From the NCBI GenBank assembly GCA_963785305.1, contig CAWAUV010000009.1, positions 384,001 through 448,000 on the forward strand: a stretch of 64,000 bases of DNA, written 5' to 3'. Both the position numbers and the translations under genes were made by a program. The first letter of the stretch is position 1. The number at the start of each line of letters is the position of its first letter. Shown here piece by piece: positions 34,703 through 47,048 of the stretch. The notes under the pieces were generated by a model, which saw only the letters and a list, made by a program, of their open reading frames with translations, was not told the DNA's origin and did no database searches. This DNA comes from an uncultured Planctomycetaceae bacterium (GTDB taxonomy: Bacteria; Planctomycetota; Planctomycetia; Pirellulales; PALSA-1355).

Positions 34703-37700
34703 TTATTTCCCCGCCGCCGCCAGCGATTCGATATAGGCCACGAGCGACGCAAGTTCTTCGGCCGTCAGGTCCTTGACCAGCCCCTCGGGCATGATCGACA
34801 CATTTTGCTTCACCCGCTCCTCGATACTGGCCGCGGGAATCTTAATCTCGCGGGCCTCGGCGTCGCGCACCGTGATTTCGTCGGCGGCTTCGTTAGTCAC
34901 AAAGCCGGTCACGGCGCGACCATCGTCGAGCACGAACACCGTGGTGACGAAGCCCTGCGCGATTGACTTATTCGGCAGCAAAATCGCCTCGGCGATCTGG
35001 TCGCGCTTGTAGGTGCGGGCCACTTGCGGCAAGAAGGGTCCCCGCAGCGGCTCATCGGGCTTGATCGTGTGGCACTTGTTGCAGGTGAGTTTCACGAACA
35101 ATTGCTCGCCCCGGGCCGGATCGCCCTTGAGTTTGGCCACCTCGGCCAAAACATCGGCCGGCTTGAGCGACGCGATGCGCGGGCCAGCCGCCGGCCGCGA
35201 CTTTTCGAGCTTCCAAGCCGCGATCACTTCCTTGGCGGCGGCGACCACTCGCGGATCGGGGTCGGTGGCGGCCGCCAGGGCCCGCTCGTCAAAGGAACGT
35301 TGATTGGCGAACAGCGCCGCGCGGAGAATCCGCGCTCGACGCGGCGGATCGGCCCAGCCGGCGTCGAACGCTTTCTCGGCCAGGGCCCGAACCTCGGGCG
35401 AGACATCCTTGCCGGTGAGGAGCACGAGCAAGCCGGCCTCGGCCCAAAGGCTCTTGGCGTCATCGGCAGCGGCGGCATGGCGCACGATCGCCTCGATATG
35501 CGGCACGAGCGACGCGCGATTCAAAAACGCCGCCTTCGCCGTGTCGAGCGGTTTGCCCTTGGCCTTGGAGAGCCGCGGCCCAGCGTCGAGCACCGCTTCG
35601 AAGGCATCGGGATCATCGCAGCGCGTAAGCACCGTGACCAAGCCGGCGAGCGTGTCGAGATCGGTCGCCTCGGAGCGAGCGGCTCGCTCGAGCATGGGCA
35701 GCGCCGGCGGGAGTCGCCCCGGCTTTAATCAACTCGTTGACGGCCTGCGGCATGAAAGCGGCGTCGCGCTCGGCGCTGGCCAAAATCAGTTCGGTCAACC
35801 CCGGCAACCGCACCCGATGGCGGTCCATCTGCTTGAGCAGCAGCGCCGTCTCGGGAGATTGCGGCGCCCGGTCGATGTTTGCCTTGAGCGCCGCCGCGAT
35901 CTTGGGCGATTCGGACCACGGTTCGGCCTGATAATAGGGCCCGGTCGTGTCGGGACGGGTGCCCCAACTGGCGCCGGTCCATTTGCCCTCGACATTGTAA
36001 AGCCGGCATAGGGCCGTGATGAGACCCGAGCGACGCTCGCTATTCGATTCGCGCTCGAGCCGCGAGAGCAAGCCATCGACCACTTCGGGCGAGTGCAGCA
36101 ATTGCAACACGGCCAGCGCGCCAGGGCGAGCCGCGGGACTCGCGTCGGAGCGATCGACCACGGCAAACAGCGGCCCGGCCGAGCCAAGCAGCGCCAGCGT
36201 TTGCACCGCGGTGTGCGCGACCACCGGGTCGGCGTCGGCCACAAGTGGCGTCATCGCCGCGGCATGTTCGACCTTGCCCAGCCGGGCCAGCGCCACGAGC
36301 GACTCGAGCCGAGTGCGCGGGCGCTATCGGAAAGGCCGGCCACGAGCAACGCCTCGGGCACGTCATCGCGCTGGTCCCAACGATCGGCCAGGGCGCGAAT
36401 CACGAGCGGACGCAGCGCGGCGTCGTCGGCCAGCGCGGCCAATCGCGCGTGGCTCGCGCTGCCGAGAGCCTGCTTGAGCGTGAAGACGGCCAACACGCGC
36501 GACGCCAAAGCCGCCGAACGGTCGCCGGCCAATTTCTCGATTTCGGCGATCGTGGCCGGCGCCAATTTGCGAGCCAGCAGCTCGCGCTGGGCCGCCAGCC
36601 GCCGCCGACCGCTGGCGGACGACAGCTCGGCGACCAAGGCCGCTTCGCTCGCTTTGGCCGTGTCGACCAGCGGCGCCGCGGTGTGGTTCTTGGGAGTCAC
36701 GCGCACCAGATAGCCGACATCTTCGCCGTTGTAGGAAAACACGGCTCCGAGCCAACTGCTGGCGTAGACATGACCGCGGGCGTCGACATCGAGATCCGTG
36801 ATGCGGGGTAGCCGGAGGAATTCGGTTTGATCGGCCTTGAATGTGGCGCCCTGGGGCTCGAAGCGATGGCGATAAGCAAAGTCGCGCCCCCAGTCGGCGG
36901 TATATGCCGCGGGACTCGCGTCTTTCGGAAAGCCGGGCTCGTCGAGATACATCGCCCCGCAACCTGAACCACCGCCGTAGTCGGCCAGCGGCTGGATGAT
37001 CTCGTCGCCAAAGTTCTTGAACAATCGCGGATAGCCGTGATTCTCGATCCCGGTGAAATGGTGGAGGCGAATATCCCAGCCGCCGCCATCGTTGGTGTTG
37101 TCGCGCGTGAAGCCGTTCAGAAGCGGATCGACGGCAACTTCGAGGATGTTGCGCGTGCCCAGGCTGTAGATTTCGAGACCCGAGCCATCGGGCCGCACCC
37201 GCGCCACGCCGCCGCCGCGGAGTTGCAGCTTGCGTCCGTCGGCGCCTTCGGCTTCCATGAATCCGAAGTCGCCGATCGCCAGATACAGCCAGCCATCGAC
37301 GCCAAGCGTCACGCCATTTGAAGTGTGGTCGGCCGGCCGGTCCTTGAAACCAAACGCGATGTTCTTGACGAGCACGCGCTCTTCGTCGGCCCGGCCATCG
37401 CCATCGTGGTCGAGAAACGCGCTCAAATGCGGCGGATGCATCAAATACAACCGATCGCGATCCCAAACCAAGCCGCGCGGACTGTCCACATTGGGCACGA
37501 ACAGCTTCGACTCATCGGCCCGGCCATCGCCGTCGATATCGCGGAGCCGATACACGGCGCCGTAATTCTTCTCGCGACCAAGCGAGCCATTTCTGTCGAC
37601 GGACACATAAACAACCCCATCGGGCGCGGCGGCAACATACACCGGATATTGCACCGCCGGCGGCGTGGCGAACACGGTCATGTCATAACCCTCGGGCGCA

Positions 37701-38971
37701 TGGAGCGACCGGGCAATGGTTTCGGCCTTGGACGGAGGCGCGGTGGCTTTCGTGGCTTCGACCATCGTGTCGCCAAGGACATTCACTTCGCGCAGGCTGG
37801 CCCACCCCGCGCCGGGACCGGCGCCCAAGAAGTCGACGCGCACATAGCGCACGTTCGCGTCGAAAGCGAGTTTCGGCGAGCCGCTTTTGGCGTTGTGCGA
37901 TTGATCGGCGAGCGTGTTCCAGGTTTTTCCATCGGTCGAGCCTTCGACCTTGTATTCATACACTCCCGAAGTGCTTTCCCAAGTGAGTTGGCAACCGGTG
38001 ACATGCTTGGCGGCGCCCAGGTCGACCTGCCACCATTGCGGCGCCGAAGGGCCCGAAGCGCACCAGCGACTATTTGAATCGCCATCGATGGCGTCGCCCG
38101 GCGCGTGGCCGCCTTCCACGGTCGATGCCGTGGCCGGCTTGCCAAAGGCCAGATTTTCCAGAATCCGCGGTTTGGCGGCGTCTTGCTTCAGATAGTCGGC
38201 GTTGAGCTTGCCGCGGGCCCATAGCGCGCCGCGCGTCACGAGATCGAGGTACTCGTGGCTGCCGACGGTTTCGTTATGATGGCCCAGGGTCGTGCCGAAG
38301 ACCCTCGCATCGTGGTACTGATTCGTCCAAACGCAAACTTCCTCGGTCCCGCGTTCGCGATTCTTGGCCGAAGCGAGCGGATGGGCCGTGGGCCACGTTT
38401 TTTCAATCCAGTAGAGCTCGCCCTGCGGCTGAAACCAACCGGCGCCCAGCGGGCGCATGATGGGATGTTCGGCGTCGCCATTGAGCACTTCGTGGCCATA
38501 GCCCGCGCCATGTTGTCGCGAAGTAACGCCGCAAAACTCGAACCAGTTGTCGGTCCCGTTGCGATAAGAATGCATGGCGCAGTGCAGCACCACGGCCGGC
38601 AGGCCGGCGCGATGCGGAGCGAGAACCCGCTCGCACCAGGCGGTGTCTTTCACATCGGCGAAACACTCGTCGTGGATCACGAGATCATAGCCCGCGGCCC
38701 AATCGGCTTTTTCATAAAGCGGAATCTTGCTGTCGGTGGCCGATCCACCCTCGAGCGCGATGGTGACTTGCACCCGGGCACGCTCTTCAAGGCCCTCTTT
38801 GAGCAGTTGGGTTTGCGCGGCATAGTCATGGCAGCAACCTCCGGCCACGAGCAGCACTCGCAGCGGCGGAGCGTCTTCGGCGCGAGCGGGCATCGGGCCG
38901 ATTGCACCCCAGGGGCCAGCGACCGAAAGGCCGGCAACCGTCAGCAGGGCCCAAAAAAGATGCTTCGGCAT
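34703..38971 (-). CDS. PVC-type multidomain protein: ThuA-like, discoidin (F5/8C), dehydrogenase-like propeller, HEAT repeats and c-type heme (frameshifts ~36315, ~35710)
   Basis: GGCCHDY...TTLGHHNET; NLAFGKPATAS...WWQVDLG; DIDGDGRAD and GTRNILE propeller motifs; GDPARGEQLF..CNKCH...SIMPEGL. Confidence 0.85.
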
Positions 38972-39429
38972 GGCGCCATGCTTGCTCGCTCGAGGGCGAA
39001 AAATCCGATGAGGTCCCGACATTACTTTCCTCGATAGACAGGTAGAGGGATATTTTCGGCGGATCGGTGGGAAATCTCTCTCTTGGGAAATCGCCCATTG
39101 GGGGGCAACGCCGCGATGGGTCGGCTGGCGACGATGAAACCACCAAGCGCGCCGCGCGATCAAAGCTCATGCGTCGCGCGCGCCGACGCGCGGCCGCGAG
39201 CCCGGTCCGACGAGCATTCGCGATCGCGAAGGTTGGAACCACGATCATAGCACGCCGCCGCGACGCATGCCAAACCGGGCATGCGAGCGCGTCGGCCCCA
39301 GCGGCCTGCTGAAATATTCAACACGCCGCGCCGCGTGGATGCGGGGTCAGAATAACGACCGAAGGAACGGCAAAAAACACGACGTTTCGAGAAGTCGTGT
39401 TCCTGGAGGGAGAGGGGTAGCGGGAGCTG

Positions 39430-39624
39430 TTAGCGGTCGCTTTCCTTGAGGCCCCAGTTGGCGATGATCACTTCGGCGCCGGAGGTCATGCGGCGGAGTT
39501 TGGCGGCGATTACCAATTTTTCCGAGGCTGTCGCTTTTTTCAGTCGGCCCGCCAGCTTCTTGAGCGACTTCCGCCGCCGTCGCCGCCGCGCGATTTCCTG
39601 ATGCCGATCACTGATTCCGCTCAT
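39430..39624 (-). CDS. Small basic protein (resembles planctomycete DUF6800-type proteins)
   Basis: 64 aa Arg/Lys-rich ORF with AGGAG RBS. Confidence 0.6.
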   Translation of the reverse strand: MSGISDRHQEIARRRRRRKSLKKLAGRLKKATASEKLVIAAKLRRMTSGAEVIIANWGLKESDR

Positions 39625-40015
39625 GCGATAAAACTCCTGGCTGAATGCGACATGGGCGGCGCCCTCGATGGCCGCCGCAAATGAAAATATCGAGCCCCCG
39701 CGCGGGTCGCGAGTGGCGTGCGACGCGAATCCAACTTTTTACCAGCCGGCAGGCGAACCGTCAACGCGATGCGAGCACGATTGTGTCATGCGCCAATAGT
39801 AATGTCCCCATTCTCGCGCACTTGAAAGGAGACCGCGATGGAGGCATGGACAATGAGGCCGAGCTTCGCGGCGGTCAGAGTCTGGAATCGCTCGCCGAGT
39901 CTTTCGATTCGTTTGAACATGACACCCATCGGTCGCGATCGGCAGCGTAGCCCGACACGGGCATGTCGCCGGACACGCGCCTATCGAGCGCTTCATGTGA
40001 GCAAGAGCGAGCCGC

Positions 40016-40623
40016 TCAGCCGGTGGCCGGGCCGGCGTCGGCTTGGCGCATTTTTCGGCGGGCGCGGCTGAGCGTGGGGCCGATGCTGTTTTCCGGCATG
40101 CCCACCGCGTGGCTGATTTCTTGATAGCTCTTGCCTTCCAAATGGTAGAGCCGCACCACTTGCGCTTCGGCGACGTCGAGCTCCGAAAGCAGCCGCTCGA
40201 CTTCCTCGCGGTCGCTCAGGCGTCGCTCGACCGGATGTTCCGCGCAGCGCCGCCCGCGCCGCCCTGGCTGGCCGCGAATTCGGCCGCCACGGCCTCGCCG
40301 TTGGTCACCCGGGCATTGGCCTTTTGCTTGAGCAGTTCATGCACCGCGGCTCGCCGGGCGACGACCGTGAGATAGGTCGCCAGGCTGCATTCGCCGCGAA
40401 ACTGGCGCAAGAGCGCCATGTCTTCGCGCACAATCGCCAGAAACACTTGCGCTACCAAGTCCTCGCGGTCTTCGGCCGTGAGTCGGCGCGAGCGAGATTG
40501 GGCCGAATGATTGACCACATGGATCACAAGGCCCATGAAACGATCGACGAAATCTTCCCAAGCGCGTGGACGCCGCGCCAGACAGCGTTGCAACAAACTG
40601 CGATCGATTTCAGACAATGCCAC
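40016..40623 (-). CDS. ECF sigma-70 factor (frameshift ~40245)
   Basis: Region 2 AWEDFVDRF...EDLVAQVFL...LATYLTVVARR; hand-translated region 4 VVRLYHLEGKSYQEISHAVGMPENSIGPTLSRAR ending at 40016. Confidence 0.85.
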
Positions 40624-41037
40624 TGGGGCGACCCTTCGATAGACGCGCGTCGCTGAGAGCTACAATCCCTTGGCCGATCCCGAAACGCGAAGCAAAAAAT
40701 GGAGCCTAACCCAAAACTCGCGAAAAACGGTCTAAAACTTGAATCCAAACCCGCTCGGCAGTCCCGAGCCCTCTTGCGATTGCGACGATTGCCGGGCAGC
40801 GGGACCAAATTTTTACGGCGCCGCAAGCAGGCGCAGGCTAAGCGCCAAATCGCGGAGCCACGTATAACAGCGACCCGTTCGCCAATCGCTCGGCCGACAA
40901 CGACTTGCGACGATCGACAACCGGAGACGGCACCATTTTCAACAGAACTCTTTTACATTTATGATCTTAAGTGAAGCGCGCCCTTGTGACAAGCTCGATC
41001 GCGCGCAAAAAACGACGCGGCCCGGGTCGGGCATGGG

Positions 41038-41067
41038 TTGACATTAGCGAGCGGCGAGCTATAGAAT
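41038..41067 (+). promoter_or_regulatory. Putative sigma70 promoter
   Basis: TTGACA-18 bp-TAGAAT. Confidence 0.55.
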
Positions 41068-41069
41068 TC

Positions 41070-41240
41070 GCACGACTCGCGGGCCGAACCCAGCACTTCA
41101 AGTGCTGACTCGGTAAGCATTTGTCGCTCGGCGCGAACCGTCGCCGCCCGACCTGAAGCGTTTTCCGCGTCGGGAGCTTTTCCTAGGCTGGCGTGAGCCG
41201 AGTTGGGCTCGTGGCGGCGCCTTGGGCCCGTGAGTCGCGC
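41070..41240 (+). ncRNA. Candidate ~170-nt structured RNA (6S-like or 5' leader)
   Basis: Ends pair (GCACGACTCGCGGGCC with GGCCCGTGAGTCGCGC); inner stem GACTCGGT/GCCGAGTT; hairpin CCCGAC/GTCGGG. Starts at the expected TSS of the promoter above. Confidence 0.4.
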
Positions 41241-41285
41241 GGCAACTTGTGCAAATCGTGAATTTTCTTGAGGAGTACCCGGGCG

Positions 41286-41567
41286 ATGACCCACGTCGTG
41301 TGCGAACCGTGCCTTGGCTGTAAGTATACCAACTGTGTCGTCGTTTGCCCGGTTGAGTGCTTCTACGAAGGCGAGAAGATTCTCTATATCCACCCCGATG
41401 AATGCATCGACTGCGAAGCCTGTGTTCCGGAGTGCCCGGTGGAAGCGATTTTCCACGAAGACAATGTGCCCGAGGAGTGGAAGAGCTACACCGCGCTCAA
41501 TGCGGAAATGTCGCCGCAATGCACGGTGATCACGCAAAAGAAGCAGCCGCTCGCCGGCTCCGAGTGA
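41286..41567 (+). CDS. fdxA: Dicluster ferredoxin (FdxA-like)
   Basis: MTHVVCEPCLGCKYTNCVVVCPVECF...ECIDCEACVPECPVEAI; GAGGAG RBS. Confidence 0.9.
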   Translation: MTHVVCEPCLGCKYTNCVVVCPVECFYEGEKILYIHPDECIDCEACVPECPVEAIFHEDNVPEEWKSYTALNAEMSPQCTVITQKKQPLAGSE

Positions 41568-41770
41568 TCCGTCGGGCCGCGCGAGCGGGTTGCATCGTTT
41601 CATTCCGGCTGTCTTTGCCAACGCGCTTGGGTAGCGCCGAGAGCTTGAATCTCGACCTCATCGTGCGCATGCTTCGTGCTTGGCGATCTCGCGACGCAAG
41701 ACACGAGTCCCGAAGATCGACCCCACTCGTACGCACTCCTTCCACGCACTCGCCCCCAGGGAGATCGTTT

Positions 41771-42814
41771 ATGCGCCATTGTGTCTTTGCCATTGCCGCT
41801 CGAACACTTGCCTTCGCTTCGCTCGCGCTTGGCCTCGCCGGAGTCGAACGTCCCGTTCGGGCGGAGCCGCTTGTCTATCGCGGCGCCGAGGGCGCCGGGC
41901 ACGGGAAGCAGGTGGTGCTCATCGCCAGCGATCATGAATATCGCTCGGAAGAAACGATTCCCCAGCTTGCTCGCATTCTCGCCAAGCATCATGGCTATCA
42001 ATGCACCGTGCTGTTTGGCGTCGATGAGAAAACCGGCGACATCGTGCCGGGCAAGTCGAACATCCCCGGCACGGAGGCCCTGAAGACGGCCGATCTGCTC
42101 GTGATCTTTACCCGTTTCCAGAATCCGCCGGCCGAGCAAATGCAGCCGTTGGTCGATTATCTCGACCGCGGCGGCCCGGTCGTCGGGCTGCGCACGGCGA
42201 CGCATGCATTCAATATTCCGAAAGAGAGCCCCTTTGCCAAATACGACTGGAACAATCAGGCCGCCGACTATCGCGGTGGATTTGGCCGGCAGATTCTCGG
42301 TGAGACTTGGGTCGGTCACCACGGCGACAATCATCGGTCGAGCACCCGGCTTGAAATCGCGCCGGGCGAGTCGAGCCATCCGATCCTGCGCGGCGTGAAA
42401 GACATGTGGGTGGAGGAGGGCGGCTACAATGCCGACCCGATCGCCGGCAGCGAAGTCTTGGCGATCGCTCAGCCGCTGTTGGGCATGACACCCGATTCGC
42501 CGGTCGACACGAAAATGAAACCGGTTCCCGCCGCCTGGGTGCGGAACTATCAAAGCGCGTCCGGCAAATCGGGCCGTGTGTTTACCACCACCTACGGCGC
42601 GAGCGGCGATCTGCTCAACGAGGGATTTCGTCGGATGCTCGTAAATGCTTGCTTCTGGGCCTCGGGCCTCGAGGGCGAGATCAAGCCTGACGCCAATGTC
42701 GCCATCGTCGGCGAGTACCGGCCGACATGGCACGGCGGCGCCAACAGGGCCAACAATGTGAAGCCCCAAGACCTTTCCGGCTGGGATTCGCCGATCTGGC
42801 CGGCGGCTAAATGA
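41771..42814 (+). CDS. Secreted ThuA-like (class I glutamine amidotransferase-like) protein
   Basis: Signal peptide; SDHEYRSEE, GLRTATHAF, HPILRGV, RVFTTTYG. Confidence 0.8.
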   Translation: MRHCVFAIAARTLAFASLALGLAGVERPVRAEPLVYRGAEGAGHGKQVVLIASDHEYRSEETIPQLARILAKHHGYQCTVLFGVDEKTGDIVPGKSNIPGTEALKTADLLVIFTRFQNPPAEQMQPLVDYLDRGGPVVGLRTATHAFNIPKESPFAKYDWNNQAADYRGGFGRQILGETWVGHHGDNHRSSTRLEIAPGESSHPILRGVKDMWVEEGGYNADPIAGSEVLAIAQPLLGMTPDSPVDTKMKPVPAAWVRNYQSASGKSGRVFTTTYGASGDLLNEGFRRMLVNACFWASGLEGEIKPDANVAIVGEYRPTWHGGANRANNVKPQDLSGWDSPIWPAAK

Positions 42815-42833
42815 CGGGAGAAGGGGGCGCGGG

Positions 42834-42916
42834 CACGGAGGGACATTGCCACGGACGGGCACGGGAACGGAATGTCGCGACGGACATGGCCACGGACGGA
42901 CACGGAAAAACACGGA
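42834..42916. repeat. Short degenerate CACGGA tandem repeats between convergent genes
   Basis: cacggag...cacggacgggcacggg...cacggacggacacggaaaaacacggaa. Confidence 0.6.
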
Positions 42917-42964
42917 AGGGGGTGAGGGTATGGGACCTTTGCCAAAATCTGGGGGTTGGCGAAT

Positions 42965-45372
42965 TTACTTGCGGCGGCGCTTCTTGGTGGGGCGTTTGCC
43001 GTGGCCCGCGTGCTTTTCATTGCCGGCGGGCTTATCGCGGCCGGTGTGTTTGCCTTGGCCGACGCGATTGTCGCGAGCCGAGGCGCCGCGATTGGGCCGC
43101 TTGCCGCCGCGGCGCGGTCCGCGGCCGGGCGAGCGATCGTCTTTCATCGCCGCGCTGCCGCCTCGGGCCATCAGCCGAAAATCAAGTTCCCGCCGGTCCA
43201 CGTCCACCCGCGCCACCGCCACGCGCACCGCGTCGCCCAATCGGTAGCTATTGCCCGAGCGGAGCCCGGCGAGCGAATGCGTCGGGCGGTCGAAGCGGTA
43301 GAAATCGTCTTGGAGCGAACTGACGTGAATGAGGCCCTCGGCCGGCAAGTCGACGCCCTGGACAAAAAAGCCGAACTCCTCGACTCCGGTCACCACCGCG
43401 TCCATTTCCTCGCCCACGCGACCGGCCAGATAGGTGAGCAGTTTCACCTTGGTCAATTCGCGCTCGGCCGCCTCGGCCCGTCGTTCGCGATCGGAGCAAT
43501 GCTCGCCCAGCACGGCCAATTCACTGAAATTGTTACGAGGCTTCTTGCGGGTCAAAAGCGCGTCGAACAGCCGGTGGATCGTCAGATCGGGATAGCGGCG
43601 AATCGGCGAGGTGAAGTGGCAATAGCAGTCGCTCGCCAGGGCATAGTGCCCCTCTTCGCCGGGAGCATACACGGCGCGTTGCAATGACCTTAAGAGGGCG
43701 AAATTCACCGCATGTTGCTCGGGCCGGCCGGTCACTTTGTCCAACAGCCGCTGCATCTCGAACCGGCTCTCGAGGCTTTCAACCTCGAACCCCAGCGTGC
43801 GCACGAATTCGGTGAGCGCTTTGAGCTTTCGCGGGTCGGGGCGCCATGCGCCCGGCGCAAGAAATGCCAGCCCGCCTTGGCCAGCAGCTCGGCCACCGCT
43901 TCGTTGGCGGCGAGCATGAACGCCTCGATGATCTGATGGCTCTCGGTGTTCTCGGCCACATGGGCGCCCGTGACATGGCCATCGCGATCGAGATCGACTT
44001 TTACTTCCGGCATGCTGAGCTCGAGAGCCCCGCGCTGAAAACGCCGCTCGCGAAGGAGCCGGGCCAGCTCGCGCATCTCGGCCAGCAGCTTATGCACCGC
44101 CGGCGTGAGTTTGTCGGTCCAGGCCTCGGGATCGGCGAGATATTCGTCGACCTCTTCATACGTGAACCGGCGGCAACTGCGAATGGCGGCGCTCATCGGC
44201 TCGGCGGCGATCGGCGCCCCCTCGGGACTAAACTCGATAAACACGCTCTTGGTGTATCGCACTCGATCGGGCTGCAGGCTCGCGAGACCGTTGGAAATGA
44301 TCTCGGGCAACATCGGAATCACGCGGTCGGGCAGGTAGACGCTCGTGCCGCGGGAATGCGCCTCGCGGTCGAGCGCCGTTTTCGGCCGCACGAACCGCGA
44401 CACATCGGCAATATGGACTCCCAGCCGCCAGTGGCCGTTTTCAATGCGCTCGAGCGAGATCGCGTCGTCGAAGTCGCGGGCGTCTTTCGGGTCGATCGTG
44501 ATGATCGGCAAATCGGTCAGATCGCGCCGGCCGGAGTCGATCGTCTCGTCGAACGCGTCGGCCTCGGCGCGCGATTCGATCACGGCGTCTTCCGGAAACG
44601 CGTCGGGCAGATTGTATTCGCGCATGATCGAAAGCGTGTCGACTCCCGCCGCGCCGCGAGCGCCGAACACTTCGACGATCACCGCCTCGCCCCCATCGGA
44701 CTGCGAGGGAAATCGCACCATTTCGACGACGATCTTGTCGTCGGGCTGGACATTGTCGCCGCCGGGATCGCCCAGCAGCACCGGCTGAATGAAGGTTCGG
44801 CCATCGATCCGCACATAGGCCGCGCCAGCCGACTCGAAATACACGCCGACGAATTGATGCGTTTGCCGCTCGATGATCTCGACCACTTCGCCTTCGGGAT
44901 TTTGGCCGCGGCCGGCGTGCTTCTTCTTGAGTCGCACCAGCACGCTGTCGCCGGTGGCCGCGTCGAGGCTGTCTTTCGCCGCGATGAAGATATCGAGCTT
45001 GCGATCGGCGCCCGGCGCGCTGCCGGCCGGGCGCACATAACCGTGTCCAGCCAGATTGCGGCGAAACACGCCGGTAATCCGAGAGTTCGCGCCGGCCGGC
45101 GCGACCAGGGCCGCGCCGACATGCACGCTGGGCGCCGCTTGCACCAGGTGATTGGCGCCCCACACGATTCGGCCCCGCTTCACGAGCCGCTTGATCGCGC
45201 GCTTGAGCTGCCGGGCGCCGTCGTCGTCGAGGCCGAGCTTTTTGGCCAGCGCGCGGGGTTTTTGCGGGCGAAAGCCGTTTTGCCCGACCAGCGCGAGCAC
45301 CTCGCGCTCGAGGTCGCGCTCCGAGGGCGGCTCGCCATTGGGTTCGCTATTCATGGATTCACGGTCGGACAT
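42965..45372 (-). CDS. rnr: Ribonuclease R (frameshift ~43840)
   Basis: TIDPKDARDFDDA, VHIADVS, RGTSVYLP, HFTSPIRRYPDL, S1 domain and basic tail. Confidence 0.95.
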
Positions 45373-45375
45373 GCG

Positions 45376-46404
45376 TCACTCATCGAGCCCGCGACGTGAG
45401 TCGCCGGCGCCTTTGAAAAGTTTGCGGCCCAGATGTTGATGGAAGTTGGTCCAGGGACTGCCGATGTTCGGGTCGTCGCGCATCAGTTGCTCGAAGCCGT
45501 GCATTTTCGCGTCGAGATTGTCGAGCTGGTGCAGGGCCACGGCCTCGAGCGTCATCGGCAATTTGGGACTGCCGTATTCGTATTGCCCATGATGGCTCAC
45601 GATCATGTGCTTGAGGCGGAGCACGACCTCGGCCGGCACCGGCTCGCCGCCCAGACGTTCGGCCTCTTGCAGCTTGCGGTCGAGCATGCCGACGGCCATC
45701 ACCAAGTGGCCGATCAACTGGCCCTCGTCGGTGTAGGCGAAATCGCGTTCGTAGCTCAGTTCGTCGACTTTGCCGGCGTCGTGCAGAAATGCGCCCACGA
45801 GGAGCAGTTCCGTGTCGAGCCGCGGATAGAGCCCATCGATGCGCTGGACGAGGTTCATCAGGCTCACGACATGCTCGAGCAACCCGCCCACATAGGCATG
45901 ATGATTCTTCACGCCGGCCGGAGCGCGGGTGAACTTGCGCATGAATTCGTCGTCCATCAGAAAGCACTCGGCCAGCGTGTGCAGCGCCGGATCGCGCAGA
46001 CCGCGGAGCATGTCGGTCAGCCGGCCGGTGAGAACGTCGATGTGCTTCGAGTCGAGGATCAGAAAATCGTCGAGATTCACATCTTGCGGCGAAACCCGAC
46101 TGATGCGGGTGGCGATCAGTTGGATGCTGCCTTGAAAGAGTTGGGTGGCCCCCTCGACGCGCACATAGTCGCCGTTGTCGAAGTTGCGATAATCGTTCTC
46201 GCTGGCGTTCCACATACGGGCGCTGAGCGAGCCGCTGCGATCGGAAAGATCGACTTGCAGATACAGGTGGCCGTTGCGATTCGGCCGGAGCGATTTTTCC
46301 GACACCAAGAACACCTGGTCCACGTTTTCCTGGTGCGCGAGTTGGCTGACGAACCGCCGCGGCGGGCTCGCCTTGCCGCTCTGGGGTGTTGCGGTTTGAG
46401 TCAC
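45376..46404 (-). CDS. yhaM: OB-fold + HD-domain 3'-5' exoribonuclease (YhaM/CBF1 family)
   Basis: LSDRSGSLSARMW, HHAYVGGLLEH, LHDAGK, SHHGQYEYGSP, DNLDAKM. Confidence 0.9.
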   Translation of the reverse strand: MTQTATPQSGKASPPRRFVSQLAHQENVDQVFLVSEKSLRPNRNGHLYLQVDLSDRSGSLSARMWNASENDYRNFDNGDYVRVEGATQLFQGSIQLIATRISRVSPQDVNLDDFLILDSKHIDVLTGRLTDMLRGLRDPALHTLAECFLMDDEFMRKFTRAPAGVKNHHAYVGGLLEHVVSLMNLVQRIDGLYPRLDTELLLVGAFLHDAGKVDELSYERDFAYTDEGQLIGHLVMAVGMLDRKLQEAERLGGEPVPAEVVLRLKHMIVSHHGQYEYGSPKLPMTLEAVALHQLDNLDAKMHGFEQLMRDDPNIGSPWTNFHQHLGRKLFKGAGDSRRGLDE

Positions 46405-46828
46405 GCGAAGAGCCTGCCTTTCCGTTCCTTGAAAAAAAATTCCCGAGGCGCGCCGCCAGATGAGTCGCCAGCGCGCTAGGAGCCTAACCGACGACTCCCC
46501 CCGCTCCCCATTATCGGGAAAGGGTAATGGGTTGGCTCCGCGGAGTTCGGGGCCGCCAGCGGGAGTCGGGTCGACCCGCGAAAAATTCGATTCTACGGCA
46601 ATCGTCGGCCGTGCGACAGTTCTAACGCTCGCGGAGCGCCGGCCAGCGATTCCGAGGGCCGCGGCGGTTCGGGCTTTTTCCGACGGATTGCCCGTTTCAC
46701 CCGGCCTGGAGCAAGCCGATCTATGGCAATTGCTCGCCCGGACCTAGAATGGTCGGATTCCTCGCCGGGCCGCGCCACGCCGCGCGACCGAGCTCGCTCG
46801 GAGAGACAACGAAGATACGGGGGAAGTT

Positions 46829-46943
46829 TCACGCGGAGGCGCGGAGGGCGGCGGAGTAGAGCATGAAGCAGAGAATGATCGAACCGAAGGAGAACGCCGC
46901 CGAAAGGCTTTCTCCAACTCCGCGCCTCGGCGGCTCCGCGTGA
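46829..46943. repeat. REP-like palindromic element upstream of proS
   Basis: TCACGCGGAGGCGCGGAG ... CTCCGCGCCTCGGCGGCTCCGCGTGA inverted arms. Confidence 0.65.
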
Positions 46944-47048
46944 GCTATCCGAAGTCCTGCGGCCGTGCATAATTGCCGTTTGAAAACGTCGTTGTTTTTC
47001 GGTCGCCGACCCGACCCCGATTTCCCGCTGCCAGAAAGGATTCCGCCC

